Assembly (NCBI GenBank): GCA_963693365.1 | Contig: CAVNZM010000006.1 | Span: 7,419,264 to 7,483,263, forward strand | Length of the DNA stretch: 64,000 bases | Direction of reading: 5' to 3' | Source: Amoebidium appalachense | Taxonomy: Eukaryota > Protista > Ichthyosporea | In this document: in pieces, positions 1-33,030 of the stretch | How positions within the stretch are numbered: position 1 is the stretch's first letter | How the letters are laid out: the number at the start of each line of letters is the position of its first letter | The notes under the pieces: generated by a model | The model's database searches: none | What the model saw: only the letters and a program-made list of their open reading frames with translations | What the model was told of the DNA's origin: nothing | Made by a program: the position numbers and the translations under genes

Positions 1-530
1 ACACCCTCTCTCCCGTACCGGATAACCCCCCCTCGCCCCTCCCTCCCCATCTACACCGACTACCGTTTTGTTTTCATGGTGGTAAAGTCACCTGTGTGTG
101 TGTACCAGGAAAGGGGCGGGTGGGCGGGTGGGTGGGTGGGTGGGGGGGAGGGGGGGGGGGGGGGGGGAAGAATTATGTGTTGGTTCGTTTGTTAGCACAC
201 ACACACACCACACATAACACCCACACTCTCTCTTTGAATGCCCCTCCCCCCACCCGCCCTCCCCCCTCCCCCCACACCGACTATGGTTTTGTTTTCATAG
301 CATACAGTCATTTGTGTGTGTGCCCCAGGAATGTGGGGGGGAGAGAGAGGGGGGGGGGGGGGGGGGAGGGGGGGGGGGGGGGTATGTGTCCGTTGGCCTG
401 TTAGCACCCACACAACACACAGACACACACACACACACCCTCTCTCCGGTACAGGCCATCCCCCCCCCCCCGTTATCTACACCGCCTACGGTTTTGTCTT
501 TAGAGCGTACAGTCACCTGTGTGTGTGCCC
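1..530 (-). repeat. Tandem ~215-bp units, each carrying a degenerate copy of MAT exon 5 (VTVRxxxKTVxGVD)
   Basis: Related segments at ~5-92, ~225-311 and 439-516, each preceded on the minus strand by (CA)n and, in two cases, CAG|GTGACT. Confidence 0.75.
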
Positions 531-986
531 CAGGGGAGGGATCGTGGGAAGGGAAAACGGGGGGGGGGGGGGGGGGGGTTAGAATGGGCTACAGACTGTG
601 AAATACACATTCACAACACAATGCAGAGGGCAACCACACATAAAGATTAGGTATAGCAAGCAGTGCCCATCTGCCGGAGTGGGAGAGGGGGGGGGGGGGG
701 GAGGGGGAGGGGGAGGGAGAGGGGGGGGGGGGGGGGGGGCGGGGGAAGAGGAAAGAAGGTGGAGAGGGAGAGAAAAGGGCGAGAGAGCGGGAGCATAGGG
801 GAGACGGACGGAAGGGACCCTCCCCACCCTTGCCCCCCCACCCTTCCCTAACAGAAAGAACAGCATACAAGCAGAATAAGAGCAAGGAATGACGATGGAA
901 CGAGAAGGCACACACACTCCCCCCCCCCCCCCCCCCCCCCCAAACTCACGTACACACACAGACAGACAGACAGACAGACAGACATT

Positions 987-1033
<47 letters not shown>

Positions 1034-2239
1034 GACTCTTTGCATCAGGCCGTAGCCATGGGAGTGTGTTCTCCTTCCTCAGCTGTGCCTGGCGCCTCAC
1101 CAGTTGGTGCGCATAGTAGATGGGTGCGGGCATGAGGTCCGGGGTTTCATCACACGCATACCCAAACATCAGACCCTATGTGCATGTGTGCATGTGTGCA
1201 TGTGTGTGTGTGTGCGTGTGTGTGTGTGTTGTGTACGTGTGTCTGTACGCGCGTGTGTGTGGAAGGGAAATGTACGCAAATGTATTCAGGGGAAGATGGG
1301 TGTGTGTCAGCAAGACTCTCTCAGAAACAACCAATCGTTTGTTTGACCCGAAGATTTTTTCTTCTTCGAATCCATACCCAAATATCAGAACCCGTGTGCA
1401 TGGGGGGGAGGGGGGGAGGAAGGGGGGGGAAGTATGCCCACATTTATGAGGGGAGAATGAAGTGGTTGGTGTGAGCAGAAACATATCAGGAAAAAGGCTA
1501 TCCCCCACTCACCAAGCAGGTGAGGAAGTCAATGAGGTGATAGTTTGATACATTTAAAGAGGGTTTCTTTTAGGCCGATTAATTGTCCCCATTCCAGCAC
1601 ATCCGGGTCAAGCCGTTTTTTCAGCATATAAATCATGATATGAACTGCAATCTTCTTCCTAACGCTTTATTATCATTATTCCGTGATTTATTTCTTTTTT
1701 TTCTTTTTTCTTTTTCTTTTTTAGTGCATTATGACGCATCTGTACCTTGCTGCCGGCTAAACGATGGTGCGCGGCTGATGCACAGCACGCCAATCATATA
1801 GCTAGAATCCCCTCTGACTCGACCCGGCCCGAAAGTCTAAAAGAAACCCCCTTTAAAGGTTGAGTCTTCTTTGCACTCATGGCCAAACTTCAACTTCTGT
1901 GCGCACGTGGCATTGGAAAATAAATGGGAGGTAGAGAGTTGTGGTTGGTGGTTGCAAGACAGTTTAGAAACGGCAATTTGCACATTCGTCCACAGAATTA
2001 CACACACACGGAGGGTGGTTGGAGTAAGCAAAGTATAAGACCTCCCCCCCCTCCCCCCCCCCCCCCCCCCCCCTTTTCCCTTCCCGGTGCCTGCCCAACA
2101 CTACATCTCCCCTTCCCTCTCCTTTGCCCTCCCTCGCAACCCCTTTTCCTCCGTTTCCATGCTCTTTCCCCTCATTCTACCCACCCTTCTTACCCCCCCC
2201 CCACTCCACCTTCCCGCTCACCCGCCCAGTCCTCCCTCC

Positions 2240-2282
<43 letters not shown>

Positions 2283-3236
2283 ATCCCCATGAAAACACAC
2301 ACAAGCTCGCATGCAGCCCCTCCCTCTCCCCTCTGTCCCTCCTCCGCAACCCCTCCCACCCTCCCCCCCACCCCCTCCCCCGCCCCTTCCTCCTCATCCC
2401 CTCGCACCCTTCAACCTACTCCCTCCTCCGACCCAACCCCCCCCCCCTCTCCCTCCCCCCCCCCCCCCCCCCCCCCCCCACCCGGGAAACCACACACGCA
2501 CGCACCTGATCCCCAGCCCCCTGGTCCTCCGGTGCCTCCCTATCGACCCCCTGAGCTATGTCTGGGCTCTGCTTGCCGATGCAGTTGATGACGGCACACG
2601 AACTACCGTCAAACCCCAACTCACTGCTGTTGTAGCCTATCTCGTTCACTACGTTCCTAAAAAGGTGGAGAGGGGGAGGAGAAAGGGAGTGGTGAGGAGG
2701 ATGGGGAGGGGGGAGGGGGACGGGGGGGGGGGGGGGGGGGAGGATAGGGGGAGGATGTGTGTGTGTGTGCTGTTTGTGTTGGATGGGGGGGGGGGGGGGG
2801 GGGGGGGGAGGGGGAGGGGGGTTAGTGGTGGTGATGTTGGTTGGTGGACGAGGAGGGGGCAAGGTAGTGGCGGTGTGCGCTCGCGAGTGTGTGTGGAAAG
2901 GAAACCGGGTGGGTTATCCGGGAGAGGGGGAAGGGGGGGGGGGGGGGGGGGGGGGGGGGGTGGAGGGGGGGATTCATAAAGAACTACAAATGTTGTAACA
3001 ATCGATCAAGTGTCTCGATGTCCTCCTTCACCCCCCCTCCTAGTCCCCCCCCCCCTCCTCTTCCCCTTTTTCCCTCCATAGTTTAAGTTCAACATCAAAT
3101 CAATAGTTCGTAAGTTTTACGTTACGTAAGTTAGAAGAACTGCTCCCATATGGCCACGCTGCTTATAAAGAAACCCGAAAAACCTTCTATTCTAAGCCAA
3201 AATTCATAACCAAAACCAGATTAACGTTGACGGAAG

Positions 3237-3283
<47 letters not shown>

Positions 3284-3650
3284 TTCCCCCCTCCACACAC
3301 ACAACACCAACAACAAAAAAAAACCCCCACCCAAAAAAATCGAAAAGAAAAGAAAAGGAAAAAAGAAAGAGTTGTTGTTCTAGAGCTGATGTGCAAGTTA
3401 GCATTTTCATATTACCCCTAGCAGTACTTCATTCCTCCTTGCGTCAGACTGGGTATTAATGTGATACTGCCGCCCCTCCCCCCTTTCCCCCCTCCCCACT
3501 CTCCCCCCCTTTTTTCTTTTTTCCCTTTTTTTCTTTCTTTCTTTTTTTTTTTTTTTGGGGGGGGGGGGGGGGGGAGAGGTAATGTGAGTGTGGGCGCAGG
3601 GGAAGGGGAGGGGGAGGAGGAGGTAATGTGAGTGTGAGCGAGCATGCGCG

Positions 3651-3690
<40 letters not shown>

Positions 3691-4896
3691 TGTGTGTGTG
3701 TGTGTATTTCTGGAGGGGACGGCAACCGGCAAGGGAGCCTCCCTCATAATGCGCCACAGAGTGCAAAGCACACATTCACGGCCAACACAACCCAGTTTCG
3801 TCAAGCAAACAGAAAGACTACTATACACCATAAGAAAGGAGCGGGCCGGGGGGGGGGGGGGGGGGGGGGGGGGAGGGGGGGGGGGGTCCCCAAACCTCAC
3901 AACGCGCTCATAGTCTATGTGTGCGTGGGTGGTGATCTCCCCAGCCAACATCACAAACCCAGTCTTTACCATCGTCTCACATGCCACCCTTGCATTCTTG
4001 TCCACCTCAAGGGCGGCATCAAGAATGGCGTCGGAGATCTGATCAGCCATTTTGTCTGGGTGCCCCTGTTCATCATCGCCATGAGAAATCAGAATTCTTG
4101 TCGTGTGTTCAGTAGCAACATGAAAGTTACTGGGTAACACAGAGTTCTGATATATGTATGCATATTCTAGTATATTGTTGTGGGTACAAGTGTGTTGAAT
4201 CCGAGCATGTGACCAATATCAAGGATGGAACCTTAGCCACATCAATCAAGCGAGCAATCACCTGTAATGGATCTCTGCTGCGCCCCCTCCCTCCCCCCCC
4301 TCCCCCCCCCCCCCCCCCCTTCTCTCTCGCTCTGTCTTTGCCCCCCACCCCCCCCACCCCCCCCCCCCCCCCCCTCCTCCTCCAAATGGGGCTCTTTCCC
4401 AGGATAACCCACGAGATTTTACGCACTTCCTGAACAGACACACTAATCATTGACCAGACAGACTACGTGACCACAAATGGATTATGCGACCAGCAAGTAA
4501 AGTTTTTGTTTCTCATCAACAGCAAAACGGCAACTGGTTTTCAACACGGATAAACCAGCACCAGCGCCATGTACATGATACAGGCATACAAGTACATGCT
4601 GGTTCAAACTCTAGCCCAATGGCATTCATTGGGACCATGTTTTCAGATTTCCGGAACACAGATTCACATAACACAATTAGGCACACACTAGCATGCATAA
4701 AAGCCAGCTGGTACGAACTCAATCGTAAAAATGATAAAACCATGAGAAAACATTTCCATACCTCAGCAACAGACTCCGAGGTAAACAGCTGTGTCAAAGG
4801 CTTCTTGATTGTCGCAAAGCCCCGGGCCCCTTGTGCCAAGAGCAAGCCAGTTGCTGATGTTGGGCGACAAAGCCCTTTCAAACCACGAAGCATCAT
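439..4896 (-). CDS. metK: S-adenosylmethionine synthetase (methionine adenosyltransferase), proteobacterial MetK-like, with N-terminal mitochondrial-type presequence; 3' part lies outside the window
   Basis: Phase-consistent GT-AG exons: 4896-4762 ([45 protein letters not shown]), 4065-3896 ([17 protein letters not shown]...[19 protein letters not shown]), 2656-2506 (NVVNEIGY...[25 protein letters not shown]), 1175-1032 ([25 protein letters not shown]...[11 protein letters not shown]). MAT signatures FTSESVxEGHPDK, GAGDQG and RPDAKSQV are present. The next exon occurs only as degenerate copies (best 516-439), so the left coordinate is uncertain. Confidence 0.95.
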
Positions 4897-6336
4897 TTTC
4901 GTTTTTACGTGCGTGTGACTCACTAAGCGACTCAGCACGTGACAATTGGTGCAAAGAGTAACTGTTGACTTGGAAAGAATCCGCAAACAATGAGTGTAGC
5001 AGTTGACACTAATGTAGAGTCAAGATTGGGAGGAATGCGATGCAAAGAACGAGCGACAGACCTCCGTTTGAAAAAGGCTATTTTAAGGTTAACCCAAACA
5101 CCTGCGAAATAACTTGAACTCTAATAAAGGGCAGGTGTGTTTGTATGTGTGTGTGTGTGTGCTTTTTGGAGTGGAAGGGGGAGGGGTGGGGGGTGGGGGT
5201 TGGGGGAGGGAAAGTGGGGGAAGGGGGATCGGTGAGAGAAGCAGGCAAGATGATGAAGAGGAAGGTAATGCTTTACCAACAGCCTACGTTATAGCTCTAT
5301 CTCCGAGCCTACCTAAACACAGAACATTAAATATGCAAAAAACCCCGAATGAAAAATCACTTCTACACTGAGCTGTCCGAAAAGTAAACAAACAACAAAA
5401 CTCTGGCCAGCTGACGACTGAGTCATTCTCTGACCACAGCGGCTCGCTTTTGAGCCGCACTTTTGGAATTTCCCACCCATTACCATAAGCGGCAAAAGTT
5501 GATGCTCTTTGAACCAATAGAAAGTCTCCCGGATGCGCGGGACTTCGTGGAATGTCTGCAGATACACCAATCGGGAAGCGTTCAGATAACCCTTTTTTGG
5601 AAGAGAACGTAGTTGCTTGATTTTGTGGGAGTCTTTAACAATCATTGATCATGATCCGCACATATAGTATTAAAAAGGAAATGAAAAATGAAGTAGTGGA
5701 TTTTCTACCACACAAGTTTTTAATTAATATTAACGATATAAAAAAGGCATTTCAGTATGGCTTATTGTGAATTTTTTAAACCTCTACACATTCGAACTGA
5801 TCACGGCCCTGAACAGGCCCCGCGAACCTGAAGTTAAAGTAGCACCTGGTTGCCCCCAGCTCATGATCATAACGAACATTTCCGGTAAAGCGCCCCAATC
5901 ATTCTTTGTGTTCATGTTTGTGCGCACAGATCATCACGGTGTTCACCACATGCGTTTTCCCGTTTTTATGACTTATTTTTTTATTAGTTCACCGTTTTCT
6001 CGGTCAGTACGTAAGTGTGTTTGTATATTGCGTTGACAAGGGAGGGAGCTGAAAGAGAGGAGTGAACTGTCGTGTTTGCTCGCTTACACTTCTCTATTGT
6101 GGTTTCTTCGAAGCTGCAGCTTAGCCTACAATACGCGTTCTGCCAATTTTGGTTGCAGTGCGAACATTTGCAAAGCCAGGGCTTATTTAGGCTTTGCTGC
6201 CGCACTAAAAGTTGGGTAGCTTCAAACCCATCGTGACATCAGTTTTCTGCCTTCAGCAAACCTTCACGTGCTCCTTTCATCTGTCACCGCCCATCGTACA
6301 CTTTTCCTGCCAAAAAATCTACGGCAACAACGGAAA

Positions 6337-7005
6337 ATGTTGGGTCTTTTGTCCATGTTCTACGTTTTGTTGGGCGCTGTTGCAGCCCAAACACCCTCTA
6401 CATCCCAATACAGCATCACCTGCCCCTACATAAGCTCGAACACATGCACACTAAAGCCACCCCTCGAGGCAGAGTGCAAGGTTTCCCTTCTTGGTGAATG
6501 TTCCAAGGCGCCAAGCTCGCTTGTCTCTTACTACTTCATCACCAACGTTACCGGAACAAACCTCACCTACCGTCGCTTCAAGGACGATAAGTGCACCCAG
6601 ATTGAGCCGCAGTGGACAACGCAAGGTCAGCTCGGTGCTTGCATAGGACCCATTGACCAGCAGATGGGATTTAATGTTTTCGTCACCATCAACCTCTACA
6701 ACGGAACCGTAAACACGACCACAACATCATCCGACTCCGCTTCCCCCACATCCTCATCCCCTTCTGCTACCACAGCATCTTCAGGCGCCTCCTCCTTCTC
6801 CTCCGCCCCCTCTGTCACCGTTGCATCTTCAGGAATGAGTGCCTCTACGACATCGCCCGCGGCCGCCACCGCTAGCTGGAGCACATCCTCCAGCCCCACT
6901 GCTTCATCCAATCCACAGAAAACGAGTGCTGGCTCGGCACTTCCTATCCCACTCTTCGTTGTTATTTTTGGTGTAACGCTCGTATGCTTGTGGTTGTTTG
7001 CTTGA
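6337..7005 (+). CDS. Single-exon secreted/cell-surface protein (222 aa): signal peptide, Cys-containing domain, Ser/Thr-rich stalk, C-terminal hydrophobic (GPI-signal or TM) tail
   Basis: ATG at 6337 within ORF 6268-7005. Hydrophobic leader MLGLLSMFYVLLGAVAA; six Cys in the ~110-aa domain; N-glycosylation sequons NVT, NLT, NGT, NTT; long S/T/A tract; ends SAGSALPIPLFVVIFGVTLVCLWLFA-stop. No family recognised. Confidence 0.8.
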   Translation: MLGLLSMFYVLLGAVAAQTPSTSQYSITCPYISSNTCTLKPPLEAECKVSLLGECSKAPSSLVSYYFITNVTGTNLTYRRFKDDKCTQIEPQWTTQGQLGACIGPIDQQMGFNVFVTINLYNGTVNTTTTSSDSASPTSSSPSATTASSGASSFSSAPSVTVASSGMSASTTSPAAATASWSTSSSPTASSNPQKTSAGSALPIPLFVVIFGVTLVCLWLFA

Positions 7006-7310
7006 AGGAGTTCGTTGGAAAGGATGCGGGAATATGTAGATATGAAGGGTGTAAGGGCTTCCGGTGTTTACACGACATACCATGGGCATGCATACACAAT
7101 ACACGTAAAAGCAGGGAATTTCAAGAAACAACATGGAAGCATTGTATCTGCATGCAAGCATCTCCCCCCCCCTTTTTTCTTTTCACCCGAGGTTCGCCAT
7201 TTTTGCTCACCTGGAAGGAATTATCTTATTTTCTTGTTCAAGTTTGGGGTTTCGGTACGCCGGAGAGTTGGAAAGACACTATTTTGGAGAGCAAGTGTTA
7301 TGCAAGTTTT

Positions 7311-7392
7311 ATGGCATGGAAGTGTGTTGGTGGGTAGCTTTTCTTTTATGTATGGCATGGAAGTGTGTTGGTGGGTAGCTTTTCTTTTATGT
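7311..7392. repeat. Direct ~41-bp duplication downstream of the surface-protein gene
   Basis: atggcatggaagtgtgttggtgggtagcttttcttttatgt occurs twice in tandem. Confidence 0.85.
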
Positions 7393-8443
7393 ACGTCTGT
7401 AGAGATGAATGCGCATGGGGATATTTGTAAATGCACCCTCGTAAGGTGATATGACTTTTCACTGTATGATAGCGCTCTGTGCTCTGTAGTTGTAAATATT
7501 GTTGTTGATGACTGTTGTTGTGTAGGCCTGGCCTACCTAGTAGAAAACCGCTTATATCCAGCAATCATATCCCGCTCCCCCCCCCCCCCTCCACCCCAAC
7601 ACACGCCGTGCACACACACACACACACAAGCACATACGCGGGTACCCACCCAACTACCCTGTTGAAGTGATGCAAAACTTGAATTGTACTGTACAAGTCA
7701 ACTTTATTGCATGAGGTTAGTAGGTGAATGGGGCGAAACTCGCATACTGTGGATGATTTGGCCTTTGCTTGAGGTTGAACCCTGCTTATCATGCATATTC
7801 ATTTGTGTGTGCTTTGAAGAGATTTGTAACTGTTGTTTTAACCGTTAACGTTGTCAGTCGTAGATGCCAACTACGCACCCTGTAAAAGCTTTCTTTTACC
7901 TCCCCCCCCCCCCTCCCCCGGGCCCCCCGCCCCCCAACCAAAAAAAAAAAACACCCACCCACCCATCCAACTATTTCATGATCAGGGCGGCCACGCCATG
8001 GCCGGCCCCTCTTCTATCTGCATACTCGGTTGAGTTTGTGTTCATTTCAAACTGACTGTTAGAGTCTGTCGGCCGGGTGTCCAAAGCGTACGTGTGCACG
8101 TGCGTGTGTGTGGGCGTCTGCAGTTTTAGCAAATGTGACTGTCCAGACTTCCGAGTATGTGACAAGAATTACGTGGAACAAGGCAACAAGAATGGACCAA
8201 AGGAAGTCTGGGTCCAGAAAGTGAGGGGGGTATCAGCTAATGGCTTGGTGGTGGTGGTGATAGTCAATTGTGGTGGTTTGTGGCGGTGGTGTGTGGTGTG
8301 TACGTATACAGAGGGAGGGAGGGGACGTGGGGGTGGGGTGGGGATGGGGGTGTGTGGGGAGGGGGGGGGGGGGGGGGGGAGGGGGGGGGGGGGGGGGGAG
8401 GTGAGGAGGAGTGGGGAAAGGCCCCGAGGGTGGGGGGTGGGGT

Positions 8444-8474
<31 letters not shown>

Positions 8475-9642
8475 GCTCGAGGCCTAAGCAAAGCTTCTGA
8501 AATAAGCAAGAATGGCAAAACGAATGTCAAAGGTGAAAAGAAAGGTTAAGCACACTTGTGCAGCGCCGTGGCCTGTAATCATCGGGGTGTGATGTTTCAT
8601 TTGAGTTCGCCACTTGAATTCTTCAAGCAGGCACAAATTTGAAACGTTTAGGCACAGAGAGAATATGCATATTGACGGTGCTCACATACGGAGGGCATTC
8701 ATTGACGAGCTATAGACCAACGATGCTCACGGCTCAGCATGCCAAATAGCACAAGCAGGTGTGATGGAGCAGCGGCAATCGAAAAGTTGGCCCAGGTTCG
8801 TTTCGAACATGTCGTCGTTTACCATTATAGCTTCGCGGGCAAGAAATTCAACTCATGGAACAGATGGGCAACAAGTCACACCACTCATAGAAAAGGTGGA
8901 CAACATCAACAGATTAGCAACGTCACAAATACAGGGAGTATGGGTGGGGGGGAAAATATTTAGCTGAGTAAACAAGGGAAGAAAGGGGATCCTTTATGGT
9001 TCCCCTCAAGAGAAATTCAAAGAAATTATCATACTGAGGGCAGAGCCCTAGAGCCGAAAGCGAGAAACGGGGATTTGAGTTGGTGGGTGTGAAGGTGCGT
9101 TTGATTGTGGGACAGAGGGGTGCGTGCTAACCCAATCAAAAAACTGGTCATTTTTCCTTCTGGCTCGGCTTTGTTTTTGTTGGGAGTTTCTCGTTCCCCT
9201 TTCAGTGAAAAAGTGACAAAAAAAGGGCAAACCGGATATGTGGGTGTCAATCAATATCCCCCCCATCCCTCTCCGGCCCTCCGGATCCTCCTCCTCCCCC
9301 CCCCCCCTCCCCCTCCTCCCCTCCCCCCGCTCTCTTGGTTTCTCTCTCCCTAACAGAGTCCCTCTCACCGTCACAGCTTCGTGTGTGTTCGATGCCTGTT
9401 TGTATTTAACAGATGTTCAGTCTTGTTCACGTGCATGAATGTGGTTTTATTTAGTTGTCTTCTCTCTTTGATGATGATGGTGGCCGGCGCCGGGGGGGTA
9501 TCTGTGCACATGTGGGCCCCTCTGTGTGCATAGTGTGTGTGTGTGCGCGCGTGTATGTGCATGTCTATCAAAATGTGTGTGGGTGGGTGAGCTGGGTGGT
9601 TGGGTGGGTGAGTTGGGTTGGGTTGGGGTGGGGTTTTTTTTT

Positions 9643-9692
<50 letters not shown>

Positions 9693-10410
9693 TATGTACA
9701 CAGCCACACGTGAAGATACCCATGAAAAAAAGAGCCCTGTCGATCCGTATTCATATGCATTTTAAAGTTTCAGACACACCATTCGCCACCCCATTGACTG
9801 AGCAGGGTACACAGAAACAGATATACTACACAAGGAAAACCATAGTTATTTCCGGCTCTGAACTATGAGGGGTAATAAATGCACATAAACTTTCCATCTG
9901 TCTAATAAAAAGCGCCCACGTACACATGCAATGTTATCACAACACGCTGTAAGATAAATTGAAACCTCCAAGCATTCAGAAGAGAGATACTAAGTCCCCG
10001 AATTGTCCCCGAAATACACATAAACCTCCCTACTCATGCAGTGTTACTTCACGTACACTGTCACAGTGTATATTACATAAAATCACTGGACTCTAAACGA
10101 AGTTACGGTAACACCATGCCAAAAATTAGTCGACGTTAACAAACGAAATTTTGGGTGTCTGAAAGCAGACGAAGACAGAAAGCCCTCAGGACTACTTTAA
10201 CTTCAAGTTAAAGTTTGCACACACACTGTGCAAACTAACAACTTCTAAACAATTTAAAATTGATAGACGTGGGGTTTCGAACGTTTGTACCAGGGTGTGC
10301 TTCTGTGTGTCTCAGAGGAAGCAAAGGAGATGTGAGGTGGAACAAGGTGATGTGTGTGTACGTACATACGTAAGTGTGCGTGTGGTAAACATGTGTGTAT
10401 GCTCGTGTGT

Positions 10411-10441
<31 letters not shown>

Positions 10442-10660
10442 GCACGTGTGAGTGTGTTTGTGTGTGCCTGTGTCTGTGTCTGTCTGTGCTTAAGCCTCTC
10501 TCTCTCTGTGTGTGTGTATGTGTGTGTGTATGTGTGCACGTGTGTGTTTGTGTGAGCATGCATGTGTGCGCTTCACTCACACACGCCTACGTGTGCCCGT
10601 GTGCATTACACGTGCATGTGTTGAGGTACTCCTTAAAGTGTCTGCACACACACTGACACA

Positions 10661-30970
<20,310 letters not shown>

Positions 30971-33030
30971 CTTCACGCTCTGCCTTGCAAAGTGTCAACT
31001 AAATGTATCTTTTTGGGGGGGCGCTTCTGTTTGTCTCGCGAGTTGTTGCTAGCACGCCTTGCTGAAGCAACTTCAGGTGAGCGGAGATGGTGAGCGGACG
31101 ATGGGAACATATAATCCAGTGATGTTGTATTTGCAGTTGCGTGCTAGTTGCTAGTGGGAGCCTTGTTAAAAAATAAAAAATAAAAAATAAAAACTGAAAG
31201 CAGCAGTATAAAGCGAACGAAACACTCTTGACAAGTTGATCTCTTGCGGCAAGGATTGTCCGGACTGTTGCCAAAACGTTAACCCTCTTTCTGTGTTCAA
31301 GAAATTTCAGTCGGACACTGTGACAGTGAGAGTGACAGTGCACGTGCACAGTCAATGACGATTACGTAATATGCGTCCGAGTTACGTAAGTAAAGCTCCC
31401 ACGATTGGTCCCAGCTGAAGTGCGGCGGACATATGGATGTGTGACATGAACGCCGGCTATTGGTGCCTTTTAATTTTCATCAATCTCATACATTTTGAGT
31501 TCATAAAGAAGAATGTTGGTGCAGCCACTGCCAACAAAAAGTACTGTTAGACCTTTTTTTGATTACTGGATTTTCTTTTTTTTCTTGTCATTTGTTTACA
31601 TATAAAAAGCCAATTTCAAGATTTGTGTATATTTGTAGCTGGATCACTGAAGAAGCTTGATTGGTTTAGGGTCATGGCCAATGATTACATTTTGACCCTA
31701 TGTACATACGACGGACTGAAAGAAGCTTGTGAGTCTTGTTACAATGATAGAAGATGAAGCATTTGACGATTGATAATATGTAACCTCTACACCTTAATCT
31801 CTCTCACTCTCTTTATTCTGAGAGCTGTCTATCCTCAGTGTGTAAGTAACCATGAAACATTTCCAAGATGCTCGGTCATCACTCCTGTAAACAAACAGGG
31901 TAGGAAATATATCCGAAAACAATACGGGAAAACGGTAAAACGAAGGGAGTCCATTTTGTATCTGATAGCCCAGGCACCTCTATTGGTAGTTTCTCAGGTC
32001 AACAGTATCAAACAAAAAAAAATCGCCCCTTTATACAAACAAAACCTGTGTAGCCATAACTGGGCAAGATATTGATGGGTACTAGTAACACTTGAACGGA
32101 ATGGGTTTACGTTTGGGAAAAATTTTGTACAGGGAAAGCTAAAAATGTTGTACCCTGATGCAGCCCAAGAGTTGGCCCGATTTGGTAATAATTTTGATAA
32201 CAATCGATGCTATACCAGCCAATAGTCTGTTGTTTTCGAAGGTGAGCCAATCATGAGGCGATGTTTTTGGCTTTGATTTGCCGGAAAGTGCTTTGGGTTA
32301 GGGGGAACGTTCATTCGTGAGATATTCACATTCAACTTTGTGTCCTCGCTTTGATAGTATATCCAAACAATTTTTGAATAAATCGACATACTTATATATT
32401 TCCCCTATTATATTGCCAGTCATTTATTTCGATTATTATAAATCTTTTTTTTATACAATGTATGCTTCTACATAACACAGCAAGCAGTGAATAATTCATA
32501 GTATTATGTTGTTATGGTTTTGTTAGTTGATACCAAAAAGCAAATTTCGGATTTTCGTTGACCAAGTGGGTATGGGGGGTTTGTTGCCAGCTGCTGTGGC
32601 CATAGTAGGGGGTTAGCTGTGGCCAGCCGCTGCTTGTGTGTTGGTGGCCACGGTCCCGCCTTTTCTTTTCGTGACCTCAGCAAACCTCCCCTTCTTTATA
32701 TATGTATTCACCAGCTGATGTAGTGAGCGTGGCACTTTGGAAAGTATAGTTCTGACTAGGCTTGGGCAACTCGGTTGGAGACACGTGTGTATGTATACAC
32801 ACAAGTACTGTATGGTACACCCCCAATTTTTCAAGTATTGCGTTACCCCAACAACTGCTTAGACTTTGCACACGTGACACCTGCTCATTTTGGACCCCTT
32901 CCCTTTTTAGATAGTTGGCTACACGTGTTTTGTAACAGGTATCACGTGTGCTTCCAAAAAGAACAAGACGTAAGAAACAAAGTTCACACATTATTGATAG
33001 GGAGCCCGTTCTGTGGCACCAACCAGCAAG

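Noticed and set aside
5284-5645. Short minus-strand ORFs between MAT and the surface-protein gene
   Set aside because: No homology signal; the region is probably promoter or UTR.
7985-8220. Possible small plus-strand exons (AG/GT-bounded at ~7986-8028 and ~8124 onward)
   Set aside because: No recognisable protein, and no convincing start, continuation or stop.
8680-8967. Non-repetitive island with short ORFs on both strands
   Set aside because: All frames are short and show no motif; cannot be called without a search or transcripts.
10262-10285. GTTCGAAACCCC on the minus strand (tRNA T-loop/B-box-like)
   Set aside because: No cloverleaf or A-box could be built around it.
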